DNA of 64,000 bases from an uncultured Gemmatimonadales bacterium (GCA_963730185.1 CAVSQW010000007.1:96001-160000), one strand, 5' to 3'. Numbered from the stretch's first letter, positions 49,127 through 59,386 are shown. The notes: generated by a model from the sequence alone, not told the origin. Program-made: numbers and translations.

Positions 49127-49489
49127 ATGCCGAGACTGATCGCCGGCCCGACCATCGTGGAAGCCGCCGGCAACCCGCCGAAGCGGATCGAGGAGTTCGT
49201 CGGCCGGGTCAACTCCGCCCACCAGGCCGTGAGCGTCGCCCGGATGGTGTCGCCCGGTGGCTGGCAGGAGCCGGGCCAGCGTCCCGGGTTCGAGGAGATC
49301 ACCGTCGTGCTCCGGGGGCTGCTCCAGGTGGAATACGAAGGCGGAACGATGCAGGTGCGGGCCGGCCAGGCGGTGGTGACCGCGGCGGGCGAGTGGGTTC
49401 GCTACAGCACGCCCGGTGAGGATGGCGCCGAGTACCTCGCCGTCTGCCTGCCCGCCTTCTCTCCCGCGACGGTTCATCGCGATTCCTAG
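49127..49489 (+). CDS. Cupin domain protein (EutQ-like)
   Basis: KRIEEFVGRVNS, GWQEPGQRP.FEE and VCLPAFSP. Confidence 0.85.
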   Translation: MPRLIAGPTIVEAAGNPPKRIEEFVGRVNSAHQAVSVARMVSPGGWQEPGQRPGFEEITVVLRGLLQVEYEGGTMQVRAGQAVVTAAGEWVRYSTPGEDGAEYLAVCLPAFSPATVHRDS

Positions 49490-49490
49490 C

Positions 49491-50774
49491 ATGGACCGGG
49501 AACGGTGGCGACGCCTCGAGGAGGTGTTCGACCGGGCCAGCCGGCTCACCGGCGACGACCGCTTGGCGTACCTGGACCGGTCCTGCGTTGGCGATCCCGA
49601 GCTCCGCCGCGAGGTGGAGACCTTGCTCGGGGCCGACGATCATCCCAGCGGCTTCATCCGCCGGCCGATCCTCGACGCCGCGGCGCTCCGGCTCCAGACC
49701 CCGGTGCCCCCCGGTACCCGCTTCGGCGCCTATCGGGTCCTCCGGCTGCTCGGTCGGGGCGGGATGGGGGTCGTGCTGCTGGCCGAACGGGCCGACCAGG
49801 AGTACCGGGCCAAGGTGGCGATCAAGGTGCTGGACGGGGCCATGGCCACCGCGCGCGATGCCCGCCGCTTCCGGGTCGAGCGCCAGATCCTGGCCGACCT
49901 GGACCACCCCAACATCGCCCGGCTGCTCGACGGCGGCACCACCGAGGACGATCTGCCCTACGTGGTGATGGAGTACGTCGACGGCGAGCCGATCGACGAA
50001 TACTGCGACCGTCACCAGCTCTCGGTCCGCCAGCGGGTGGATCTCTTCCTGGCCGTAGGCGACGCCGTGGACCACGCCCACAGCCGCCACGTGATCCACC
50101 GGGACATCAAGCCGGGCAACGTCCTGGTCACGAGCTACGGCGCCCCCAAGCTGCTCGACTTCGGGATCGCCAAGCTGACCGAGCCGGAGCCGGGCGCCGA
50201 CCTCCCCCGGACCACGACGACCGGCGCGATCCGGATGACCCCGCACTACGCCAGTCCCGAGCAGCTCCAGGGCGGCCCGGTCACGGTCGCCACCGACGTC
50301 TACTCGCTCGGGATCCTGCTCTATCGCTTGCTGGTGGGGCGGCTTCCCTACCGGTTCCGGAGCCCGACGCCGATCGACATCGCCGACGTGGTGCTCCGCT
50401 CGGAGCCGGAACGACCGAGCGACGCCCTGACCCGGAGTCACGATACCGAAACCACCGCCGGCGCCGCCGAGCTGGCGGCCCACCGGGGGCTGTCGGTCCG
50501 CCAACTCCGGAAGGAGCTCCGCGGCGACCTCGACGCGATTCTGCTGACCGCGCTGGCCAAGGATCCCGCCGCCCGCTACCCGGGGGTGGTGGACCTGGCG
50601 CGCGATCTCAGGCGCCACCTGACCGGCATGCCGATCGGGGTGGTGCCGAGCCGGACCGCCTACCGGACCGGCAAGTTCCTGCGTAGGAACGCGGCTCTGC
50701 TCGGCTGGATCGGCTTTGGGGTGGTGACGATCGTGATCCTGACCGTGGTGGTGACCCTGGCCTTGATCCGCTGA
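49491..50774 (+). CDS. Membrane-anchored Ser/Thr protein kinase
   Basis: LGRGGMG, VAIK, HRDIKPGN, DFG, YASPE and DVYSLG; ends in a single TM helix. Confidence 0.93.
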   Translation: MDRERWRRLEEVFDRASRLTGDDRLAYLDRSCVGDPELRREVETLLGADDHPSGFIRRPILDAAALRLQTPVPPGTRFGAYRVLRLLGRGGMGVVLLAERADQEYRAKVAIKVLDGAMATARDARRFRVERQILADLDHPNIARLLDGGTTEDDLPYVVMEYVDGEPIDEYCDRHQLSVRQRVDLFLAVGDAVDHAHSRHVIHRDIKPGNVLVTSYGAPKLLDFGIAKLTEPEPGADLPRTTTTGAIRMTPHYASPEQLQGGPVTVATDVYSLGILLYRLLVGRLPYRFRSPTPIDIADVVLRSEPERPSDALTRSHDTETTAGAAELAAHRGLSVRQLRKELRGDLDAILLTALAKDPAARYPGVVDLARDLRRHLTGMPIGVVPSRTAYRTGKFLRRNAALLGWIGFGVVTIVILTVVVTLALIR

Positions 50775-50777
50775 CGG

Positions 50778-52175
50778 CTACGCCCCGCCGGGCCGGATGT
50801 TCTGGTTGACCCGGAACAGGTTCCGGGGATCGTACTTGGTCTTGATCGCGGCCAGCCGGTCGTAGTTCTCGCCGTAGCTGGCCCGGAGCCGGGCCTCGTC
50901 CGCTTCCATCATGAAATTCACGTACCCGCCGCCCGAGGAATGCGCCTTGGTGGCGTTCCAGTACTCGCGCGCCCACCCGGTGATCCGTTCGTCGTCCCCG
51001 GGGTCGGTGCCGACCCCGGCGATGACCTGCGAGAACCGGGCGTCGCGGCGGGCGAACGCGGTCGCCCCCGGCGACACCCGGTGGACGGCGCCGTCGATCG
51101 GGTAGAGGTGCATGGTGGAGAGCATCGAGGGCAGCCGGTCGCAGTAGTCCACGTTGGTCGCGATGGCCTCGTCGCTCAGTCCCCGGAGGAAGTGTCCCTT
51201 CCAGTACCAGCGCAGGCCGGGCGGGTAGAGGCCGTCGTGGAGGCCCTGCAAAGCGGGGTAGGGAACCGGCCCGACGTGCTCGAAGACCGGCTCCGCGAAG
51301 CGGTGGACTGCCCGGAGCACCCGGTCGCCGTGGGCCGGGGAGCCGGTGCAGCACCAGACCACCCCGCACATCCGGCGGCCGTGGATGTCCCGGGGAAACA
51401 TCGGGGCCGGCGGGACGGTCAGCGCCGCGAAAAAGCCGGTGATGTCGCGCGGCGCCCGGGCGATGAACCCGGCGTACCAGTCGAGCGCGTCGGCCATCCG
51501 ATCCAACGGCCAGAAGGTCGGGCCACCGGTCACCGTGTCGACCGGGTGGACCCGCAGCTCGAACGAGGTGACCACGCCGAAGTTGCCGCCGCCGCCCCGA
51601 ATGGCCCAGAAGAGGTCCGGGTGCTCGCGGGGGCTCGCGGTCACGAAGCGGCCGTCGGCCAGCACCAGGTCGGCCGAGCGGAGGTTGTCGATGGTGAGGC
51701 CGTAGCGCCGGGTCAGGTAGCCGTGGCCGCCGCCCAGGGTCAGTCCCCCCACCCCGGTGGTGGACACGATCCCGCTCGGCGTGGCGAGGCCGAAGGCGTG
51801 GGTGGCGTGGTCGACGTGGCCCCAGGTGGCCCCGGCCTCGACCCGGACCGTCTTCCGCCGGGGATCGACCCGGATACCACGCATCCGGGAAAGGTCGATG
51901 ACCAGACCCTCGTCGCAGAGCCCGAGCCCGGGCGCGCTGTGGCCCCCGCCCCGGACCGCGATCGGGAGGTCGTGGAGCCGCCCATAATTGACGCAGGCGA
52001 TCACGTCGGCCACGTCGACGCAATAGGCGATCGCCGCTGGGCGGCGGTCGATCATCCCGTTGTAAACCCGGCGGGCGTCGTCGTAGTGCTCGTCTTCCGG
52101 ACGGATCAACGGACCGCGCAGGGCGGTGTCGAGGCCGACGAGCGTGGATTGATCAAGGGTGGCTGGCAGGGACAC
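50778..52175 (-). CDS. FAD-linked oxidase (berberine bridge enzyme-like)
   Basis: RGGGHS (covalent FAD His), DLFWAIRGGGGNFGVVT and KYDPRNLF. Confidence 0.92.
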   Translation of the reverse strand: MSLPATLDQSTLVGLDTALRGPLIRPEDEHYDDARRVYNGMIDRRPAAIAYCVDVADVIACVNYGRLHDLPIAVRGGGHSAPGLGLCDEGLVIDLSRMRGIRVDPRRKTVRVEAGATWGHVDHATHAFGLATPSGIVSTTGVGGLTLGGGHGYLTRRYGLTIDNLRSADLVLADGRFVTASPREHPDLFWAIRGGGGNFGVVTSFELRVHPVDTVTGGPTFWPLDRMADALDWYAGFIARAPRDITGFFAALTVPPAPMFPRDIHGRRMCGVVWCCTGSPAHGDRVLRAVHRFAEPVFEHVGPVPYPALQGLHDGLYPPGLRWYWKGHFLRGLSDEAIATNVDYCDRLPSMLSTMHLYPIDGAVHRVSPGATAFARRDARFSQVIAGVGTDPGDDERITGWAREYWNATKAHSSGGGYVNFMMEADEARLRASYGENYDRLAAIKTKYDPRNLFRVNQNIRPGGA

Positions 52176-52400
52176 GAGGCCTCCTCACGCGGGGAGTCGG
52201 ATGGGCTCGCCCAAGTGTCCGGGCGCCGGACGGCGCCTCGGGATCGACCCGGGCCAGCAGAGGCGGGAGGGATGCGGAACGACTCGAAGGCGGACGCCGG
52301 GGGGCGCGTCACCACGTCGCCGATCGGCGGAACCCGACCGGCGGCGCCCCGGCCGATCACGCGCGGCGAGGCGCTCAGAAATCGACTTCCCGGACTGCTC

Positions 52401-53681
52401 TCAACTTTGAGCGTGGGCCCGTTGGTCGGAGAAGTCAACCCGAGTGTCGTAAAATCCGGCGGCGGCGTACGACCGGTCTAGGATCTCGACCGGGTGCGCC
52501 ACCCTGGTCGGGAGGCCGCGTGCCCTGAGCCCCGCGCCGATCTGCATCAAGCAGCCCGGGTTCCCGGTCACGATCAGGTCGGGCGGCGGCGTCGCGTCGC
52601 GGATGACGTCCAGTTTGGCGTCGAGGACGTCGCGGGAGAGGGCCGGGTGGAGCACCCCGTAGATCCCGGCGCTGCCGCAGCACTGATCGGCGCCCGGCAG
52701 GAGGCGGACCCGAAGCCCGGGGATCGCCCGGAGCACGACGAGCGGCTCCGCCTGGACCCGCTGGGCGTGCTGGAGGTGGCAGGGGGCGTCGTAGGCCACG
52801 TCGAGGTCGAGCGGCGCGCCCGGTCGCGGACCCCGCTCGGCGAGGAGCTCGGTGACGTCCCTGACCCTGCCGGCCAGCTCGGCCGCTTCGGGGTCGTCCA
52901 GGAGGTGGCCCAGATCCTTGAGCAAGGCGCCGCATCCGGCGCTGTTCACCACGACCCGGTCGGCCCGGCCGGCGAACGCCTCGAGATTGGCGCCCGCCAG
53001 CCGGCGGGCGCCGGCCCGGTCGCCGGCGTGCTCGTGGAGCGCGCCGCAGCAAACCTGGTTCGGGACCTCGACGACCCGGTAGCCGTTGACCTCGAGGACC
53101 CGGCGGGTGGCGTCGTGGACGTGATCGAAGAGGCCCTCCATCACGCAGCCGCGAAAGAGCGCCACCGTGGGCCCGGTCGGCGAGGACGCGGGACCAGCGC
53201 GGCGGCGCGGCGGCGCGAAGGGCGTGGTGGCCTGGAGCATCCCGAAGAGGAAGCCGGTCCGCCCGTCGCTCGCCAGCCGGGCCGGCAGGCCGGTCTCCCG
53301 GACCAACCGCGCCGCGCCGAACGCCGCGCGCCAAGCCCAGCGGGCGCCGAACAGGGCGAGGACGGCCCGGGCCCGGGCCGGAATCCCGTTGGCCGCGGCC
53401 AGGCGCTCGCGAGCGGCCTCGAGCCCTCGGCCGTACCCCACGCCCGACGGGCAAACGGGCTCGCAGCCCCGGCACCCGAGGCAGGCGTCGAGATGCTGCC
53501 GCAGGGCCGGGTCGGTCGGGCGGAGCTCGCCCCGCTCGAGGGCCCGGATCAGCACGATCCGCCCCCGCGGGCTGTCGCTTTCGTCGCCGGTGGCGAGATA
53601 GGTGGGGCAGGCGCTCAGGCAGAACCCGCAATGGACGCAGGGATCGAGCGCCTCGAAGCCGTGGCGCCCGGCGTCAGCCAC
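52401..53681 (-). CDS. glcF: Glycolate oxidase Fe-S subunit
   Basis: Two CxxCxxCxxxCP motifs and two CCG domains; downstream of glcD and glcE. Confidence 0.87.
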   Translation of the reverse strand: MADAGRHGFEALDPCVHCGFCLSACPTYLATGDESDSPRGRIVLIRALERGELRPTDPALRQHLDACLGCRGCEPVCPSGVGYGRGLEAARERLAAANGIPARARAVLALFGARWAWRAAFGAARLVRETGLPARLASDGRTGFLFGMLQATTPFAPPRRRAGPASSPTGPTVALFRGCVMEGLFDHVHDATRRVLEVNGYRVVEVPNQVCCGALHEHAGDRAGARRLAGANLEAFAGRADRVVVNSAGCGALLKDLGHLLDDPEAAELAGRVRDVTELLAERGPRPGAPLDLDVAYDAPCHLQHAQRVQAEPLVVLRAIPGLRVRLLPGADQCCGSAGIYGVLHPALSRDVLDAKLDVIRDATPPPDLIVTGNPGCLMQIGAGLRARGLPTRVAHPVEILDRSYAAAGFYDTRVDFSDQRAHAQS

Positions 53682-54888
53682 GCTGGCTGCCCTCCGCGGG
53701 CACCATCAGGATTCCTCCGGGGTCGAACACCGCGCGAAGGCGGCCCGTGAGGGTGCCCACGCCTTCGCGGAAGGCGCCGAAATGGCCCACCTGACTCCGG
53801 AGCGGCCAGGGCGCCCGTTCCAGGGTGAGGGGGATCTCGCGCTCGGCCAGCCGCGAGCGGAGCGCGATCAGGCGATCGTGGGAGGCGGCGCCGGTCCATC
53901 GGACGCCACCCCGAATCAAGCCGGCGCTCACCCGCTCGGCCCCGAGCGACTCCGCCAACAGCTCCACCGTGTCCGCCATACTCTCGGGGAGGGCGCCCAG
54001 GCGGAGGGTGACCGGTCCTTCGAGCGCGGCGCGGGCCAGGCTCCGGACCGGGTCGGTCGTGCCGCTCCGGTCGAGGGTCGTGAATCCGATCGGCAGCCCC
54101 GCCGCGGTCAGGCCCGCCACGGCGGCGTCGACGCCGGCCCGGGTGCCGACGAACTGCGCCAGCAGGGTCCAGTCCCGCGCTCCCGTCAGGCCCGGCGAGG
54201 CCAGCTCGAGCCCGGCCGGCTCGATCCCCGCGGCGGTCAGCCGGGCGGCACCGTCGAGGAGCTGGTCCATGGTGCCCCGGGCCGCCAGGGCCACCCCGCG
54301 CTCCGGAGCGGCCCGGAGCCGGAGGTGGACCTCGGCGATCAGTCCGAACGTCCCGAAGCCGCCCACCTGCAGCTTGGTGAGATCATAACCCGCTACGTTC
54401 TTTACGACCGTCCCGCCGGCCCGCACCACCCGCCCGTCGCCCGCGACCACCGTGGCGCCGAGAACGTGATCGCGGACCGGCCCGAAGCGCTGGGCGAGCG
54501 AGCCCGCCGTGGCCGTGGCCAGGATCGAGCCCACGGTCCGCTCCCGGAGACCGGGCGCGTCGAGAGCCAGCCAGGCCCCGTGCGAGGCCAGGCTCGCTTC
54601 GAGCTCCGCCAGGGACAGGCCTGCTTGCACCGTCGCCACCAGGTCGGCGGCGCTCAGACTCACCACCCGTCGCATCCGGGTGGTGGTGAGGGCGAAGTCG
54701 GCCGGGGCGTCCGGCGGCATCCAGGTGCCGGCGCCCTCCAGCCGGACCCGCCAGCCCTGCTCGTGGGCCAGCCCGAGCAGCGCGGCGGCCTCGTCGGTGG
54801 ATCGCGGCGCCACCCGGGGCACGCCGTCGCTGGCCTGACCGGTCTCGCCGGCGATTCGCTTGAGTGACTCTCGCATATCCTGACTCAT
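53674..54888 (-). CDS. glcE: Glycolate oxidase FAD-binding subunit
   Basis: ATGA overlap with glcD; GGTVVKNVAGYDL and FDPGGI. Confidence 0.85.
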   Translation of the reverse strand: MSQDMRESLKRIAGETGQASDGVPRVAPRSTDEAAALLGLAHEQGWRVRLEGAGTWMPPDAPADFALTTTRMRRVVSLSAADLVATVQAGLSLAELEASLASHGAWLALDAPGLRERTVGSILATATAGSLAQRFGPVRDHVLGATVVAGDGRVVRAGGTVVKNVAGYDLTKLQVGGFGTFGLIAEVHLRLRAAPERGVALAARGTMDQLLDGAARLTAAGIEPAGLELASPGLTGARDWTLLAQFVGTRAGVDAAVAGLTAAGLPIGFTTLDRSGTTDPVRSLARAALEGPVTLRLGALPESMADTVELLAESLGAERVSAGLIRGGVRWTGAASHDRLIALRSRLAEREIPLTLERAPWPLRSQVGHFGAFREGVGTLTGRLRAVFDPGGILMVPAEGSQRG

Positions 54889-56303
54889 GGCGCCCGTTCC
54901 TCGCGCCACTCGCGGCAGAAGTGGGTGGGAATGACCTTGCCCGGGTTGGCCCGTTGCTCGGGATCGAAGGCCCGGCGGACGTCGCACATGGCCGCCAGGC
55001 TCGGGGCGTCGAAGATGAGCGGCATGTAGTCCAGCTTGTCGGACCCGACGCCGTGCTCCCCGGTGATCGATCCTCCCGCCGCGATGCACGCGGTCATGAT
55101 CTCCCGGCTTGCGTCCCGCACCCGCCCGCTCAGCTCGGCGTCACGTCGATCGTAGCAGATGTTAGGGTGGAGATTGCCGTCGCCGGCGTGGAACACGTTG
55201 CAGATGGTCAGGTCGTACTTCCGTCCGATCGCGCCGATGGCGTCGAGGACGTCCGGTAAGGAGGACCGGGGCACCACGGCATCCTGCACCACCAGGTCCG
55301 GCGCCACCCGGCCCATCGCCCCGAACGCCTTCTTCCGTCCCTGCCAGAGGCGGGCGCGATCGTCGTCGGCGGTAGCCGAGCGAACGGTCCGGGCGCCATG
55401 CGCGTGGAGCAGACGCTCCACCAGCACGGTCTCCGCGGCCACGGCGGCCGGGGCGCCGTCGAGCTCCACCAGCAGGACCGCCGCCGCGTCGACCGGATAC
55501 CCCGCTGCGTAGATCGACGACTCCACCGCCTGAATGGTGCCCTGATCCATCATCTCCAGCGCGGCCGGGACCACGCCGGCCGCGATGATCGCGCTCACCG
55601 CCTCGCTCGCCGCCCGGACCGCGTCGAAGTCGGCAAGGAGGGTGCGGATCGCGGCGGGGCGCCGCTCCAGCCGCACCGTGATCTCGAGGGCGATCCCGAA
55701 CATCCCCTCCGAGCCCACGAAGAGCCCGACCAGATCGGGGCCCCACGGGTCGCCCTGGGGGCTCCCCAGCCGGGCCATCGAGCCGTCTGGCAACACCACC
55801 TCGATCTCCACCACGTGATTGGTCGTGACGCCGTACTTGAGACAGTGCGGGCCGCCCGCGTTCTCGGCCACGTTGCCGCCGATGGTGCAAGCGGCCTGGC
55901 TGGACGGATCCGGGCAGTACTGGAGTCCGAACGGCGCTACCGCCTCGCCCAACTTGGCGTTGACCACCCCGGGCTCGATCCGGGCCCGGCGGGTCCCCGG
56001 ATCGATCGCCAGGATGTGGTTGAGCCGGGTGAGCGGGATCAGCACCGTCTCGGGATCGGCGAGCGCGCCGCCGGAGAGACCGGTGCCGGCCCCCCGGGCC
56101 ACCCAGGTCACCCCGAGTCGGGCCAGGCGGCGAACGAGGGCCACCACTTCGTCCCGGGACCCGGGAAGGACGGCGAGCCGAGGGAGCGACGCATGGGTCG
56201 GCAGGCCGTCGGCCTCGTAGGTCCGCCGCTCGGCCTCGCGAATCCGAATCCAGCGGGGGCCCACGATGGCGGCCAGGTCCGCGGCCAGCGAGTCGGTGGT
56301 CAC
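54885..56303 (-). CDS. glcD: Glycolate oxidase subunit GlcD
   Basis: RGAGTGLSGG, PDPSS, NAGGPHCLKYG, HAGDGNLHP and GEHG. Confidence 0.9.
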   Translation of the reverse strand: MTTDSLAADLAAIVGPRWIRIREAERRTYEADGLPTHASLPRLAVLPGSRDEVVALVRRLARLGVTWVARGAGTGLSGGALADPETVLIPLTRLNHILAIDPGTRRARIEPGVVNAKLGEAVAPFGLQYCPDPSSQAACTIGGNVAENAGGPHCLKYGVTTNHVVEIEVVLPDGSMARLGSPQGDPWGPDLVGLFVGSEGMFGIALEITVRLERRPAAIRTLLADFDAVRAASEAVSAIIAAGVVPAALEMMDQGTIQAVESSIYAAGYPVDAAAVLLVELDGAPAAVAAETVLVERLLHAHGARTVRSATADDDRARLWQGRKKAFGAMGRVAPDLVVQDAVVPRSSLPDVLDAIGAIGRKYDLTICNVFHAGDGNLHPNICYDRRDAELSGRVRDASREIMTACIAAGGSITGEHGVGSDKLDYMPLIFDAPSLAAMCDVRRAFDPEQRANPGKVIPTHFCREWREERAP

Positions 56304-56310
56304 CGGCGTC

Positions 56311-56958
56311 TCAGGAGTGCCGGGCCCCGCTTCCGTTGCGCGAAGCCCGCCGGTGTACCAGCACCCGCGCCTCGAGATCGGCCAAGAGGCCAGGCAGGGC
56401 GTGGAGCAGACGGGTGACCCGCTCGGTGGCGGAGCGAAGGGTGAGGAAATGCTGCTTGACCGGAAAGTCCCACTCGAGGAGCGAGGCGACCTGGAACGTC
56501 AGCTGGGAGGCCTCGTCGCTAAACTCGGCGTCGTGCCCGACGTCGGTCAGGGCCGCGAGGGCGCCGGCGTAGCGCTCGGCCAGGAGCCGGAGGGACTCCA
56601 GATCGGCCTGGCTCGGCACCTGAACGTCGGGGAGATCGTCGAATGGCGACGTCGCTCCGACGAGATAAGGCTTGGGGCCCGCCAGCAGCCGGTCGAGTCG
56701 AAAGCGGTCCTCGCCCGACACCACGATGTTGGAGCGGCCGTCGGGGAGGGGCTGGACCGCCCGGACCCGGGCGACGCAGCCCACGGCGCCTGGCGTGGGA
56801 AGGCCGCTGTCCGGACCCGGCGGCAGCAGGCCGAAGCGATGGTCGCCCTCGACCGCGTCGGTCAGCAGGGTCCGATAGCGTGGTTCGAAGATGTGAAGCG
56901 GCACCAGCGCGCCCGGAAAGAGGACCAACGGCAAGGGAAAGAGACCGAGGGACGCCAT
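56311..56958 (-). CDS. Lon protease N-terminal (substrate-binding) domain protein
   Basis: LFPLPLVLFPG..PLHIFEPRY; likely ATG at 56958. Confidence 0.88.
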   Translation of the reverse strand: MASLGLFPLPLVLFPGALVPLHIFEPRYRTLLTDAVEGDHRFGLLPPGPDSGLPTPGAVGCVARVRAVQPLPDGRSNIVVSGEDRFRLDRLLAGPKPYLVGATSPFDDLPDVQVPSQADLESLRLLAERYAGALAALTDVGHDAEFSDEASQLTFQVASLLEWDFPVKQHFLTLRSATERVTRLLHALPGLLADLEARVLVHRRASRNGSGARHS

Positions 56959-57119
56959 GCCGAAACCTAATGGCCTTGGCCGGTCGCGACAGACGGCTCG
57001 CGGTCGCATCGTCGGCCGCCATTCGACGCCCCGCCTGGATCGGAGCTGGGTCTGGCAACGACTCGGGGCGCTCTGGCGACCTGGCCGGAGCGCCCCTCTT
57101 CGGTGCGGCGGGCGCGGGG

Positions 57120-58013
57120 TCAGGCGGCGACGGTGGACTGCCGCAGGTACTTCACCTCGGGCGAGTTCCGGAGCTTTTCGAAGGCCCGCTCCCGGATCTG
57201 GCGGACCCGCTCGCGGGTCACCCCGAGGAGGGCGCCGATGCCTTCCAGCGTCAGGGCTTCGGAGCCCTCCTCGAGCCCGTAGTAGAGCGAGAGGATCCGG
57301 CGCTCGCGCGGCGTCAGATAGCGGTCGAACATCTGGACCAGGAACTCGCGCTGGAGCCCGGCATCGACCAGGTCCTCGATGTCGCCCCCGGCCGAGCCGG
57401 CCACCCGCTCGCCGAAGCTCGGCGCCGCCGAGTCGTGCCGCTCGACCGGCGCGTCCAGGGAGACCTCGACCGAGGATACCAGCCGCGCGGCGCGAATCGT
57501 GTCGACGGACTCGTTGAGGACCTGGGCGGTCTCGGCGTCGGTCGGCGAGCGGCCCAGCTCCTGGCTCAGGAGGGCCTCGATCTTGGCCATCCGGAGGAGG
57601 GCGGCGTTCTGGTTGAGCGGGATGCGGACGGTCCGGGTCTGCTCGGCGAGGGCCTTGAGGACGCACTGGCGGACCCACCAGACGGCATAGCTGATGAACT
57701 TCACGCCGTGGGCCGGGTCGAATTTCTTGACTGCCTTGAGCAGGCCCTCGTTCCCGATCGCCACCAGCTCGGCCAGGTCGAGGCCGTGGCCCTGGAACCG
57801 CTTCACGTAGGAAATCACGAACCGGAGGTTGGCGGTCACCAGGCGGTCCATCGCCTCCTGATCACCCTTCCGGGCGCGTTTGGCGAGCCGGACCTCTTCC
57901 TTGGGATCGGTGATCATCGGGAGCTTGCGGATGTCGAGCAGATACTGATCGAACGAACTGGACGGGGACGAGCGGCCCGGTGCGCGGCCCCGGCGATCGC
58001 GGACAGTGCGCAT
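57120..58013 (-). CDS. RNA polymerase sigma-70 factor, RpoD/SigA family (no region 1.1)
   Basis: NLRFVIS, KFISYAVWW and GVTRERVRQI; GGAGGT RBS. Confidence 0.92.
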   Translation of the reverse strand: MRTVRDRRGRAPGRSSPSSSFDQYLLDIRKLPMITDPKEEVRLAKRARKGDQEAMDRLVTANLRFVISYVKRFQGHGLDLAELVAIGNEGLLKAVKKFDPAHGVKFISYAVWWVRQCVLKALAEQTRTVRIPLNQNAALLRMAKIEALLSQELGRSPTDAETAQVLNESVDTIRAARLVSSVEVSLDAPVERHDSAAPSFGERVAGSAGGDIEDLVDAGLQREFLVQMFDRYLTPRERRILSLYYGLEEGSEALTLEGIGALLGVTRERVRQIRERAFEKLRNSPEVKYLRQSTVAA

Positions 58014-58106
58014 ACCACCTCGGAGGTGCGGTGTGGTCCTGCGTTGTGCGAGAGACGGCCCGTGCGGGCCTCGAGATCCAGCGGATCCTGCCGTGCTGCG
58101 GAACCG

Positions 58107-58135
58107 AATATAGGAAATCGTTAGGTGCCGGTCAA
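58107..58135 (-). promoter_or_regulatory. Sigma-70 promoter of the sigma factor gene
   Basis: Minus strand TTGACC-N17-TATATT. Confidence 0.65.
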
Positions 58136-58267
58136 CGGCCGCGATTCGTCAACATTGCGAGTACGTTAGGCAGAAACAAGTTAGGCAGTTCATCGACACG
58201 GCGTGGACAACGGCGATGTGCACGGTGTCGACGAGCGCGGTAAGTGGTGGTCCCGCAATCAGTTGCG

Positions 58268-59386
58268 CTACTTTTCCGTGTGGACGCCGTGTGGATATCG
58301 GCCGGCGAAAAAATCTCGGGACATGCCTAACGCTTGCCTAACGTCGTCGTCCGTCGCCGTCACGGTCCACGGCCGCTCCCGCCCCGTGCCCGGGGCGCGG
58401 GGGAGGGCGAACCGGAGGACCTGGCCCTCCACCTTCTTGTCGCGCCGCATCAGCGCCAGCAGAGCGTCGTCGTCCACCCGGGCCGGGAGGCCGAGCCGGA
58501 GGCCGAGGTCGGCAAGGCGGCCGGCCAGCTCGGGGGCGAGGCTCGGATCGGCCTGGCCGAGGAGCGCGGCCAGGGCCGCCTCCACCACCAATCCGGTCGC
58601 CACGGCCTCGCCGTGGCTCACCTGGTAGCCGGTCCCTGCCTCGATCGCATGGCCCACCGTGTGGCCCAGGTTGAGGACCGCCCGGAGGCCGCTCTCCCGC
58701 TCGTCGGCCGCGACGATGTCCCGCTTGATCGCCACGCTGGTCCGGACCAGCCGGGTCAGGGCCGCCTGGTCGCGGCCCAGCAGGGCGACCCGCTCGGCGT
58801 GAATCCAGTCGAAGTAGGCCCGGTCGGCCAGGAGGCCGTGCTTGACCGCTTCGACCAGACCGCTCCGGATGTGGGCGGTGCGGAGCGTCAGGAGAGTGGC
58901 CGGATCGGCGAGCACGGCGGCCGGCGGATGGAAGGCGCCGACCAGGTTCTTGCCGTGCCGGGTGTTGACGGCGGTCTTGCCGCCCACCGACGCGTCGACC
59001 ATGGCGAGGAGCGAGGTGGGCACCTGCACGACCGGCACCCCGCGGAGATAGGTGGCGGCGACGAACCCGGCCAGATCGCCCACCACGCCCCCGCCGACGG
59101 CCAACACCACGGTGTCGCGCCCGTAGCCCAGATCGAGCATCCGGTCGGTGAGCCCCCGCCACCGGGTCCGGGTCTTGGAACCCTCGCCCGGGGGGACCAC
59201 CAGGGTCGGCGCCTTGAGCGGCACCTCGACGGCCCGGCCCACGTTGCGATCCGTGATTACCACCACCCGCCGGCGATCCGCGACTTCGGCCAGGAGGTCG
59301 GGCAGGGCGGCCAGCCCGCCGGGCCGAACGTCGACCGGATAGCGGCCCAGAGCGTGGGCGACCCAGAGTCGCTCGTCGTCGCTCAC
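58268..59386 (-). CDS. aroB: 3-dehydroquinate synthase
   Basis: GGGVVGDLAGF, PTSLLAMVDASVGGKT, LNLGHTVGHAIE and DKK. Confidence 0.95.
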   Translation of the reverse strand: MSDDERLWVAHALGRYPVDVRPGGLAALPDLLAEVADRRRVVVITDRNVGRAVEVPLKAPTLVVPPGEGSKTRTRWRGLTDRMLDLGYGRDTVVLAVGGGVVGDLAGFVAATYLRGVPVVQVPTSLLAMVDASVGGKTAVNTRHGKNLVGAFHPPAAVLADPATLLTLRTAHIRSGLVEAVKHGLLADRAYFDWIHAERVALLGRDQAALTRLVRTSVAIKRDIVAADERESGLRAVLNLGHTVGHAIEAGTGYQVSHGEAVATGLVVEAALAALLGQADPSLAPELAGRLADLGLRLGLPARVDDDALLALMRRDKKVEGQVLRFALPRAPGTGRERPWTVTATDDDVRQALGMSRDFFAGRYPHGVHTEK

